From Tubulanus polymorphus (taxonomy: Eukaryota; Animalia; Nemertea): 64,000 bases of DNA. The stretch spans positions 10,814,850 through 10,878,849 of the forward strand of contig NC_134029.1 in assembly GCF_964204645.1 (NCBI RefSeq). The letters are read 5' to 3'. Below are positions 16,701-28,904 of the stretch, in pieces; position 1 is the stretch's first letter; each line of letters opens with the position of its first letter. Both the position numbers and the translations under genes were made by a program. The notes below the pieces were generated by a model. It was not told where the DNA came from. It made no database searches and worked only from the letters and a program-made list of their open reading frames with translations.

Positions 16701-19700
16701 AATCTCAAATAAACTGACTTATGGTTTTTTGATAGACACAATAAAGAGGCTTAATCTATAGGAGTAGTTGTTTCTATTCTCATCTCAAATAAACTGACTG
16801 TTGGTTTTCGATAATTAATATTTATACACTATAAAAAAGCTTAATCTATAGAAAGAATCGTTCCTTTACTCATGTCAAATACACTGATTTGGTTTTTGAT
16901 GACAAATAGTTATACACTATAAAAAGGCTTAATCTATAGCAGGAGTTGTTTCTATACATATCTCAAATACCGGTACGGTAAACTGACTGCTGGTTTTGAT
17001 AACTAATATTTATTCACTATAAAAAAGCTTAATCTATAGTAGGAGTCATTTCTACACTCATCTTAAATAGACTGATTTTGGTTTTTGATAATTAATACTT
17101 ATACACTATTAAAAGACTTACTCTATAGTAGGAGTCGTTTCTATACTCATCTCAAATAGACTGATTTTGGTTTTTGATAATTAATACTTATACACTATTA
17201 AAAGACTTACTCTATAGTAGGAGTCGTTTCTATACTAATCTCAAATAAACTGACTGTTGGTTTTCGATAATCAATATTTATACACTATAAAAAAGCTTAA
17301 TCTATAGTAGGAGTCGTTTCTATACTCATCTCAAATACACTGATTTGGTTTTCGATGACAAATAGTTATACACTATAAAAAGGCTTAATCTATGGTAGAA
17401 GTTGTTTCTATACATATCTCAAATAAACTGACTGCTGGTTTTGGTAACTAATATTTATACACTATAAAAAAGCTTAATCTATAGTAGGAGTCGTTTCTAT
17501 ACTCATCTCAAATAGACTGATTTTGGTTTTCGATAATGAATACTTATACACTATTAAAAGACTTAATCTATATTAGGAGTTGTTTCTATACTCATCTCAA
17601 ATAAACTGACTGCTGGTTTTGATAACTAATATTTATACACTATAAAAAAGCTTAATCTATAGAACGAGTCGTTTCTATACTCATGTAAAATACACTGATT
17701 TGGTTTTCGATGACAAATAGTTATACACTATAAAAAGGCTTAATCTATAGTAGGAGTTGTTTCTTTACATATCTCAAATAAACTGACTGCTGGTTTTGAT
17801 AACTAATATTTATACACTATAAAAAAGCTTAATCTATAGTAGGAGTTGTTTCTATACTCATCTCAAATAGACTGATTTTGGTTTTTGATAATGAATACTT
17901 ATACACCATAAAAAGACTTAATCTATAGTAGGAGTTGTTTCTATACTCATCTCAAATAAACTGAGTATGGCTTTTTATAATTAATACTTATACACTATAA
18001 AGCGCTTTATCTATAGTAGGAGTTGTTTCTATACATATCTCAAATAAACTGACTGCTGGTTTTGATAACTAATATTTATACACTATAAAAAAGCTTAATC
18101 TATAGTAGGAGTCGTTTCTATACTCATCTCAAATAAACTGACTTTAGTTTTTGATGACTAATAGACACAATGAAAAAGCTTAATCTATAGTAAGAGTTGT
18201 TTCTATACTCATCTTAAATAAACTGAGTATGGCTTTTTATAATTAATACTTATACACTATAAAAGGCTTTATCTATAGTAGGAGTTGTTTCTATACATAT
18301 CTCAAATAAACTGACTGCTGGTTTTGATAACTAATATTTATACACTATAAAAATGCTTAATCTATAGTAGGAGTCATTTCTATACTCATCTCAAATAGAC
18401 TGATTTTGGCTTTTTATAATTAATACTTATACACCATAAAAAGACTTAATCTATAGTAGGAGTTGTTTCTATACTCATCTTAAATAAAATGGCTGTTGGT
18501 TTTTGATAACTAATATTTATTCACTATAAAAATGTTTAATCTATAGTAGGAGTCATTTCTATACTCATCTCAAATAGACTGATTTTGGTTTTTGATAATT
18601 AATACTTATACACTAAAAGACTTAATCTATAGTAGGAGTTGTTTCTATACTCATCTCAAATAAACTGACTATGGCTTTTTATAATTAATACTTATACACT
18701 ATAAAAGGCTTTATCTATAGTAGGAGTTGTTTCTATACATATCTCAAATAAACTGACTGCTGGTTTTGATAACTAATATTTATACACTATAAAAAAGCTT
18801 AATCTATAGTAGGAGTTGTTTCTATACTCATCTAAAATAGACTGATTTTGGTTTTTGATAATGAATACTTATACACCATAAAAAGACTTAATCTATAGTA
18901 GGAGTTGTTTCTATACTCATCTCAAATAAACTGAGTATGGCTTTTTATAATTAATACTTATACACTATAAAGCGCTTTATCTATAGTAGGAGTTGTTTCT
19001 ATACATATCTCAAATAAACTGACTGCTGGTTTTGATAACTAATATTTATACACTATAAAAAAGCTTAATCTATAGTAGGAGTCGTTTCTATACTCATCTC
19101 AAATAAACTGACTTTTGGTTTTTGATGACTAATAGACACAATAAAGAGGCTTAATCTATAGGAGTAGTTGTTTCTATTCTCATCTCAAATAAACTGACTG
19201 TTGGTTTTTGATAACTAATATTTATACCCTATAAAAAAGCTTAATCTATAATAGGAGTCGTATCTATAATCATCTCGCATAGACTGATTTTCGTTTTTGA
19301 TGACTTAGGCCTATAGTTATACACTATAAAAAGCTTAATCTATAGTATGAGTTGTTTCTATACTCATGTCAAATACACTTATTTGGTTTTTTATGACAAA
19401 TATTTATACACTATAAAAAGGCTTAATCTATAGTAGGAGTTGTTTCTATACTCATCTCAAATAAACTGACTTTAGTTTTTGATGACTAATAGACACAATA
19501 AAGAGGTTTAATCTATAGAAAGAATCGTTCCTATACTCATGTCAAATACACTGATTTGGTTCTTGATGACAAATAGTTAAACACTATAAAAAGGCTTAAT
19601 CTATAGTAGTTGTTGTTTCTATACATATCTCAAATAAACTGACTGCTGGATTTGAAAACTAATATCTATTCACTATAAAAAAGCTTAATCTACAGTAGGA

Positions 19701-22700
19701 GTCATTTCTATACTCATCTCAAATAGACTGATTTTGGTTTTTGATAATTCATGCTTATACACTATTAAAAGACTTAATCTATAGTAGGAGTTGTTTCTAT
19801 ACTCATCTCAAAAAAACTGACTATGGCTTTTTATTATTAATATTCAACACTATAATCAAGCTTAATCTATAGAAGGAGACGCTTCTATACTCATCTCAAA
19901 TAAACTGACTTTTAGTTTTTGATGACTAATAGACACAATTAAGAGGCTTAATCTATAGTTGTAGTTGTTTCTATACTCATCTCAAATAAACTGACTTTAG
20001 TTTTTGATGACTAATAGACACAATGAAAAAGCTTACTCCATAGTAGGAGTCGTTTCTATACTAATCTCAAATAAACTGACTTATGGTTTTTTGATAGACA
20101 CAATAAAGAGGCTTAATCTATAGGAGTAGTTGTTTCTATTCTCATCTCAAATAAACTGACTGTTGGTTTTCGATAATTAATATTTATACACTATAAAAAA
20201 GCTTAATCTATAGAAAGAATCGTTCCTTTACTCATGTCAAATACACTGATTTGGTTTTTGATGACAAATAGTTATACACTATAAAAAGGCTTAATCTATA
20301 GCAGGAGTTGTTTCTATACATATCTCAAATACCGGTACGGTAAACTGACTGCTGGTTTTGATAACTAATATTTATTCACTATAAAAAAGCTTAATCTATA
20401 GTAGGAGTCATTTCTACACTCATCTTAAATAGACTGATTTTGGTTTTTGATAATTAATACTTATACACTATTAAAAGACTTACTCTATAGTAGGAGTCGT
20501 TTCTATACTCATCTCAAATAGACTGATTTTGGTTTTTGATAATTAATACTTATACACTATTAAAAGACTTACTCTATAGTAGGAGTCGTTTCTATACTAA
20601 TCTCAAATAAACTGACTGTTGGTTTTCGATAATCAATATTTATACACTATAAAAAAGCTTAATCTATAGTAGGAGTCGTTTCTATACTCATCTCAAATAC
20701 ACTGATTTGGTTTTCGATGACAAATAGTTATACACTATAAAAAGGCTTAATCTATGGTAGAAGTTGTTTCTATACATATCTCAAATAAACTGACTGCTGG
20801 TTTTGATAACTAATATTTATACACTATAAAAAAGCTTAATCTATAGTAGGAGTCGTTTCTATACTCATCTCAAATAGACTGATTTTGGTTTTCGATAATG
20901 AATACTTATACACTATTAAAAGACTTAATCTATATTAGGAGTTGTTTCTATACTCATCTCAAATAAACTGACTGCTGGTTTTGATAACTAATATTTATAC
21001 ACTATAAAAAAGCTTAATCTATAGTAGGAGTCGTTTCTATACTCATCTCAAATAGACTGATTTTGGTTTTTGATAATTAATACTTATACACTATTAAAAG
21101 ACTTACTCTATAGTAGGAGTCGTTTCTATACTCATCTCAAAAAGACTGATTTTTGTTTTTGATAATTAATACTTATACACTATTAAAAGACTTACTCTAT
21201 AGTAGGAGTCGTTTCTATACTAATCTCAAATAAACTGACTGTTGGTTTTCGATAATCAATATTTATACACTATAAAAAAGCTTAATCTATAGTAGGAGTC
21301 GTTTCTATACTCATCTCAAATACACTGATTTGGTTTTCGATGACAAATAGTTATACACTATAAAAAGGCTTAATCTATGGTAGAAGTTGTTTCTATACAT
21401 ATCTCAAATAAACTGACTGCTGGTTTTGATAACTAATATTTATACACTATAAAAAAGCTTAATCTATAGTAGGAGTCGTTTCTATACTCATCTCAAATAG
21501 ACTGATTTTGGTTTTCGATAATGAATACTTATACACTATTAAAAGACTTAATCTATAGTAGGAGTTGTTTCTATACTCATCTCAAATAAACTGACTGCTG
21601 GTTTTGATAACTAATATTTATACACTATAAAAAAGCTTAATCTATAGTAAGAGTCGTTTCTATACTCATCTCAAATAAACTGACTGCTGGTTTTTATAAC
21701 TAATATTTATAAACTATAAAAAAGCTTAATCTATAGTAGGAGTCGTTTCTATACTCATCTCAAATAGACTGATTTTGGTTTTCGATAATGAATACTTATA
21801 CACTATTAAAAGACTTAATCTATAGTAGGAGTTGTTTCTATACTCATCTCAAATAAACTGAGTATGGCTTTTTATAATTAATACTTATACACTATAAAAG
21901 GCTTAATCTATAGTAGGAGTTGTTTCTATACATATCTCAAATAAACTGACTGCTGGTTTTGATAACTAATATTTATACACTATAAAAAAGCTTAATCTAT
22001 AGTAGGAGTCGTTTCTATACTCATCTCAAATAGACTGATTTTGGTTTTCGATAATGAATACTTATACACTATTAAAAGACTTAATCTATATTAGGAGTTG
22101 TTTCTATACTCATCTCAAATAAACTGACTGCTGGTTTTGATAACTAATATTTATACACTATAAAAAAGCTTAATCTATAGAAGGAGTCGTTTCTATACTC
22201 ATCTCAAATAGACTGATTTTGGTTTTTGATAATTAATACTTATACACTATTAAAAGACTTACTCTATAGTAGGAGTCGTTTCTATACTCATCTCAAAAAG
22301 ACTGATTTTTGTTTTTGATAATTAATACTTATACACTATTAAAAGACTTACTCTATAGTAGGAGTCGTTTCTATACTAATCTCAAATAAACTGACTGTTG
22401 GTTTTCGATAATCAATATTTATACACTATAAAAAAGCTTAATCTATAGTAGGAGTCGTTTCTATACTCATCTCAAATACACTGATTTGGTTTTCGATGAC
22501 AAATAGTTATACACTATAAAAAGGCTTAATCTATGGTAGAAGTTGTTTCTATACATATCTCAAATAAACTGACTGCTGGTTTTGATAACTAATATTTATA
22601 CACTATAAAAAAGCTTAATCTATAGTAGGAGTCGTTTCTATACTCATCTCAAATAGACTGATTTTGGTTTTCGATAATGAATACTTATACACTATTAAAA

Positions 22701-24294
22701 GACTTAATCTATAGTAGGAGTTGTTTCTATACTCATCTCAAATAAACTGACTGCTGGTTTTGATAACTAATATTTATACACTATAAAAAAGCTTAATCTA
22801 TAGTAAGAGTCGTTTCTATACTCATCTCAAATAAACTGACTGCTGGTTTTTATAACTAATATTTATAAACTATAAAAAAGCTTAATCTATAGTAGGAGTC
22901 GTTTCTATACTCATCTCAAATAGACTGATTTTGGTTTTCGATAATGAATACTTATACACTATTAAAAGACTTAATCTATAGTAGGAGTTGTTTCTATACT
23001 CATCTCAAATAAACTGAGTATGGCTTTTTATAATTAATACTTATACACTATAAAAGGCTTAATCTATAGTAGGAGTCGTTTCTATACTCATCTCAAATAG
23101 ACTGATTTTGGTTTTCGATAATGAATACTTATACACTATTAAAAGACTTAATCTATATTAGGAGTTGTTTCTATACTCATCTCAAATAAACTGACTGCTG
23201 GTTTTGATAACTAATATTTATACACTATAAAAAAGCTTAATCTATAGTAGGAGTCGTTTCTATACTCATCTCAAATAGACTGATTTTGGTTTTTGATAAT
23301 TAATACTTATACACTATTAAAAGACTTACTCTATAGTAGGAGTCGTTTCTATACTCATCTCAAAACGACTGATTTTTGTTTTTGATAATTAATACTTATA
23401 CACTATTAAAAGACTTACTCTATAGTAGGAGTCGTTTCTATACTAATCTCAAATAAACTGACTGTTGGTTTTCGATAATCAATATTTATACACTATAAAA
23501 AAGCTTAATCTATAGTAGGAGTCGTTTCTATACTCATCTCAAATACACTGATTTGGTTTTCGATGACAAATAGTTATACACTATAAAAAGGCTTAATCTA
23601 TGGTAGAAGTTGTTTCTATACATATCTCAAATAAACTGACTGCTGGTTTTGATAACTAATATTTATACACTATAAAAAAGCTTAATCTATAGTAGGAGTC
23701 GTTTCTATACTCATCTCAAATAGACTGATTTTGGTTTTCGATAATGAATACTTATACACTATTAAAAGACTTAATCTATAGTAGGAGTTGTTTCTATACT
23801 CATCTCAAATAAACTGACTGCTGGTTTTGATAACTAATATTTATACACTATAAAAAAGCTTAATCTATAGTAAGAGTCGTTTCTATACTCATCTCAAATA
23901 AACTGACTGCTGGTTTTTATAACTAATATTTATAAACTATAAAAAAGCTTAATCTATAGTAGGAGTCGTTTCTATACTCATCTCAAATAGACTGATTTTG
24001 GTTTTCGATAATGAATACTTATACACTATTAAAAGACTTAATCTATAGTAGGAGTTGTTTCTATACTCATCTCAAATAAACTGAGTATGGCTTTTTATAA
24101 TTAATACTTATACACTATAAAAGGCTTAATCTATAGTAGAAGTTGTTTCTATACATATCTCAAATAGACTGACTGTTGGTTTTTGATAACTAATATTTAT
24201 ACACTACAAAAAAGCTTAATCTATAGTAGGAGTTCTTTCTAATCTCATTTCAAATAAACTGACTTTGGTTTTTTATAATTAATACTTATACACT
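4700..24294. repeat. ~89-bp AT-rich satellite array with higher-order repeats
   Basis: Monomer approx. AATCTATAGTAGGAGTTGTTTCTATACTCATCTCAAATAAACTGACTGCTGGTTTTGATAACTAATATTTATACACTATAAAAAGGCTT repeated continuously; diagnostic variants recur at 3078, 3362, 1156 and 1067 bp spacings. Confidence 0.97.
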
Positions 24295-24863
24295 CACAGG
24301 GGTTTGGCGATGGGCTTGAATTTTATTTCCGGGTTGTTGATAATCTCGCGAGAATGGCGCTAAATATGAACTGCGAATAAATTCAAAATATCACGGAAAT
24401 ACCTTGTGTTTATATTGTTTATTTATACGCTATAAAGTTTCGATAAACAATTGGTTGTTAAGAATCATTATCAGACGGTCGTCACGCTTTACTATATAAA
24501 ATCACAAGGGATGAAACACATGGCTAATTAGCATATCCAGGTCATCCATCCGATTTGAGAAAAAGCTATTTTTCCTTGACTTTGCACAATTGTCAATTAT
24601 ATTTTCTGAAGTGCAAATAAAAATTCCTTCACAGGGGTTGGAGAATGGATAATGCTCTAATGAATGATTTGTATGAATATATGCTCAGTTGCACAAAGAG
24701 CCTTTCATCTGGAAACCATGTCATTTAAATTCGCTCCATTTGTTTAGTAATAGACTCAGCCTATGGCTGGCCTAAAAAAGACTTAATCTCGAAGGAGTCG
24801 CTTCTACACTCATCTCAAATAAACTGACTAATGGTTTTTGATAATTAATATTCAAACACTATA

Positions 24864-25056
24864 ACTAGGGGTCCAGGGACACCATGTCCACTTAGAAAGT
24901 GGTTTCAATTGCTCAACTATCTAACAATTTCAATATTCAACACCCCCTGGTGACCATATTCAAAAACCAATGACCTCAAAACTCACCAATCATAGAACAT
25001 GTCAGCAGCTACGATTTTGTAATTGATTGTGATAACAAAATAAGCCTCATTACCAA
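24864..25056 (-). mobile_element. 3' end fragment of a Helentron-type non-autonomous element (same family as 45621-46843)
   Basis: ACTAGGGGTCCAGGGACACCATG...CCTCATTACCAA is the reverse complement of ~46630-46842. Confidence 0.8.
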
Positions 25057-25150
25057 ACTACTAGGCCTATGGAAATACTAGGAGTCATTTCTATACTAGT
25101 ATAAAATGCGTATAACTAAAAAAAAACTTTAGGACTCAGTAACGACTTAC

Positions 25151-25248
25151 CTATTTCATGGCTGACAACTTTCACGTCGAAATTGTGTTTTGGGAGAGGT
25201 GACAAGACCTTTTCCCTTCCGATCTTTTTGATCTCCTCATTGTTTATT
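25151..25248 (-). other. Putative 98-nt host coding exon (INNEEIKKIGREKVLSPLPKHNFDVKVVSHEI)
   Basis: Minus strand has a TTTTCAG acceptor, an open frame and a G|GTAAGT donor; diverged paralogous copies with the same splice signals at 1668-1769 and 3579-3680. Confidence 0.45.
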
Positions 25249-26319
25249 CTGAAAATGTAAAAAAGATTGATTTAGCATAGGCGCCTTAATGATAACGATG
25301 GAAATTACAAAATTGCATAGAGCTTCATGATGGTCAATCATCATATAGGCCTAGGCCTACATGTAGGCCTACCAATATAGGCCGAAGTGCACAACATTGT
25401 TCATACAGAAGGAGACTTCCTCATAGTTACTTATCAAACTGCCAGAGCCATGAGAGCAGATACTGTGCTTAATTGAAACCATAATCTTAGAACATGTCAC
25501 AAGCTTACAGTTTAACAATTGATTGTGGAAACAAAATTGTGATCGAAATTCAACAGATGTCATTTTCAAGACTGATGACACTTAAGATGGTGGCCAATTG
25601 CACGATAATTGACTGATTGCAAAAGCGCTCTAATATGATCTCTTCTCAAAGAATATCCATTACGGTGCAGATTCTAATAAAAAATGCAAAACCACTAGGA
25701 AGCTGCTGTCTCAGCATTCAGAGCAAAATTGACCTTTTTGGGCAAATGACCACCACCACACATCCACTCGACTCAATTTGCCTTATGCTGATGGGCCTTG
25801 GGGGATACAATTATCGCTGAAAGATTAAGACAAACGATGAATCGATTTCAACATTTGCCTTGAAAACATCAAAAATGTTTAAAAAGTGCTGATTTCAGTG
25901 AACAAAATGGCCACCAGTTGGCCATCTTGTTTCTGACCGTGCCAATTTTTTCGACTGAAGATGTACCTACGGTAGGCCTAGATGCATGTTGAATTTCAAT
26001 TCCTAAACGATCAATTGAAACTTCTTCCAATTCTTAAATAGCTGGAGTCCAACTATTGACCCGCATAGGCCTAAGCACAAACGAAAACTTTAAGTGAACG
26101 CAATAAACTCAAGTCCAAGTGGTCTAAAAACTACTGAAAAGTGCGGATTTCGGCAAACAACAATGGCTGCCAGTCGCCCATCTTGAATATGATCGGGCCA
26201 GTTTTTAGGCTGCAGATGGTGTCGGTTCAACTCCGGATTAGGTCAATATAGTTATGTCATGGTGGGTTTTCTTTTATGAAGTGAGTGGTTCGGTTCCTGA
26301 TTTTCGAACGATTCTGCTC

Positions 26320-26870
26320 CTGGACAATGTCTACAATCTAATTGTCGACCGATTCTACCTGTCGACCAATTCTACTGTCGACAATGTCTACAATCTGATT
26401 GTCGACCAATTCTAGCCTATCCGTCGACAATGTCTACAATCTGACTGTCGTCCGATTCTACTCATCGACAATGTCAACAATCCTGATTGACTGTTAATCA
26501 AATGATTGCAGACAGTGTTGACGAGTAGAATTGGTCGACAAATTTTGGCTGATTCTACTCATCGACATTGTCTACAATCCTGATTCTTACCAATTCTTCT
26601 CGCGACACTGTCTGCAATCCTGACTGTAAATCAATTTCTGTGTGTAAGGCTGTGTGTGTGTGTGTGTGTGGATTAACCTTATAGGGTCTATAAAGTGGCT
26701 GGGATCGAGGGTCACCTACATCCATCAGTTGATTTTCACAATCAGGGTTGTAAACATTGTCGACGAGTAGAATTGGTCATCAATCAGGATTGTAGACATT
26801 TTCGTCGAGTACAATCAGTCACCAATCAGATTAATGAATAGACAAGAACGATCAGCCGACAAACAGGATT
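26320..26870. repeat. GTCGAC-rich short tandem and inverted repeats (MITE-like) around a (GT)n tract
   Basis: Units like GTCGACAATGTCTACAATCTGATTGTCGACCAATTCTACT and their reverse complements (e.g. 26755-26800); (GT)n at ~26651-26670. Confidence 0.6.
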
Positions 26871-27772
26871 TTAGAACTAGGCCTAGGGCTAGGCCTATTT
26901 AAAATAGACTTGACTTCGACTGTATTTCGATGCTTATGCCTACCCAGAAAATTAAGTGATAGGCCTATAGGTATCCCAAAAAGATCACTGCCAATCGAAA
27001 ACAAATAGACTTTAGGTTACAATAATGGGATCCGATACGGCAAGCAACATTGCGGCTTACTTGATAGCCGGTACCCACTCTCTCACTCTCTTCTCTACTT
27101 TACTAGATAGAATTAGATTGAGGATAATCTCTTCTTCTAACCAAAAAAGGCCTCGGCGAACTCGGCCCTAAATGGGGAATAATTGCTTTCTCAAGGTACC
27201 ACGGACCACCGGTTCGGATGAAAGACGTTTTTACATTAGATGAATAAGAAGAGACACTTCTAACCTACCTGCGATTAGGCCTACCAACGAAATTTAGCAA
27301 AATTCAGGGAGAACAGCTGCCGCCATTATCAACGGTTTGGTGATCAATTCAATTCAATTCACCGGCTCTGATTCGAGTTATCCGACTTCGTTCTTAGGTG
27401 CTACATTTTCTTCACACCGCTTTGTTGGAAAACGTAGATCGCTGTAGGGTAATGTAGACGCTGAAAACTTTTTAGAACTGCGTGAGTGACAGCTTAATTT
27501 TAGAACTATTTTCATAGCGCATGACGACCTACTAGAGTAGTGCGCCGCCAAGTTCGAGATTCGGCCGCTAGAGGCACCACCGTACGATGCGATGTATATA
27601 TTTTCGGTATGAAACTCGATTACGCGAACTACCCTAAAACGAATCTGCCATCTATCTTAAGATGATTTAAGTCAAAATCTGGTGCGCGTTCTTTTGGCTG
27701 ACGCGCTATAAAAATCTGGCGCACAACAAAGGTTTTAAATTGAAAAATAGCGCGTATCTCGGAAATATGAAA

Positions 27773-27773
<1 letters not shown>

Positions 27774-27806
<33 letters not shown>
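27774..27806. repeat. (TA)n microsatellite
   Basis: Direct reading. Confidence 0.95.
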
Positions 27807-27808
<2 letters not shown>

Positions 27809-28040
27809 TCTGAGGATACAAAAGAAGATCACGCTACCACGATAATTGAACCTGGTACGAGCGAGTGCACACGCTCGTCCGGTGAGTATTTATTGGCGGC
27901 CATCTCCGCCAAACAGACACTTAAGTCATCACGTGAAGGATAAACCTATAACGTGAATTATAATGTAATAACGCGAAGGATTAACTCACAGCGTGAAGGT
28001 AAATGTCATGACGTGAAGGACTCACGTCATCAAGGATAAA

Positions 28041-28687
28041 CCTATTATGTCACCAGATGGCGTGCCAGTCGATCAGAAATATGTTCAGTTGTGCGCAGGC
28101 GTCATGACATGGTAACGTAAATAAGTTTCTGCGTATTAAGTTCGAATCCCGAAAATTATGAAGTATCGCTGGTTTACTTTGTTTGCCGCGTAAAAGGTTT
28201 CTTATCTCAAGTATGAAATAATAAACTTTGAAGGCTACAGTATCTATTTGTATGTGCTATTAGGTTCGAATCCCGAAATTGTGTAAAAGAAAAATATATC
28301 AGGATTTTTTCTTACACCGCTATATATCTCAAATTTTTAGCTTACTGCAAGACATAACCCGTTATCCAAAATACGAAAGATCTTCTTAAGCAATTATTGA
28401 CAAAAAACGAAGAATGCCTGATCCTGGTCCGTCCGCAGTTGTGAGCAAAACCGAGTCAAATCGAGACTCACATCTATGAATATTTTTTGGGATTAATAGC
28501 ACTGCTAATAGAATAAATCAGCGACATTGTGGTCATCAATTTGAAATAAGGATCAATATTTTGTGGGATTCGAACCTAATAGAAACTACAGTGACGCTCA
28601 TGCTGGAGTCATTAAAGTTCAGATGTCATGACGCCTGCGAACAACAAAATTTATTTCGACTGGCACGCCATATGGTGACATGATAGG
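28041..28687. mobile_element. MITE inserted in the left TIR
   Basis: TIRs CCTATTATGTCACCAGATGGCGTGCCAGTCGA...GCAGGCGTCATGACAT / ATGTCATGACGCCTGC...TCGACTGGCACGCCATATGGTGACATGATAGG; absent from the right TIR. Confidence 0.8.
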
Positions 28688-28688
28688 G

Positions 28689-28834
28689 GAGTAATAGGGA
28701 ATATGGGGGTTCAGATCAAAGGTCGAGAAGTCGAGTTCATAAAAAATGAAAAATATATTCTCGCACACTCAAATTTATTTTTTATGAACTCGCCCTCTCA
28801 ACCTTTAATCTCAACCCCCATATTCCCTATTCCT
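28689..28834. repeat. ~145-bp palindrome (Sola3-like MITE) in the left TIR
   Basis: GAGTAATAGGGAATATGGGGG...CCCCCATATTCCCTATT; mirrored copy at 52263-52416. Confidence 0.75.
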
Positions 28835-28904
28835 TTTAAAATATTCATATATATGAATATGATTAACTTCTAAAATCAATTTTAATAGAAAATTGGATAT
28901 TAAA

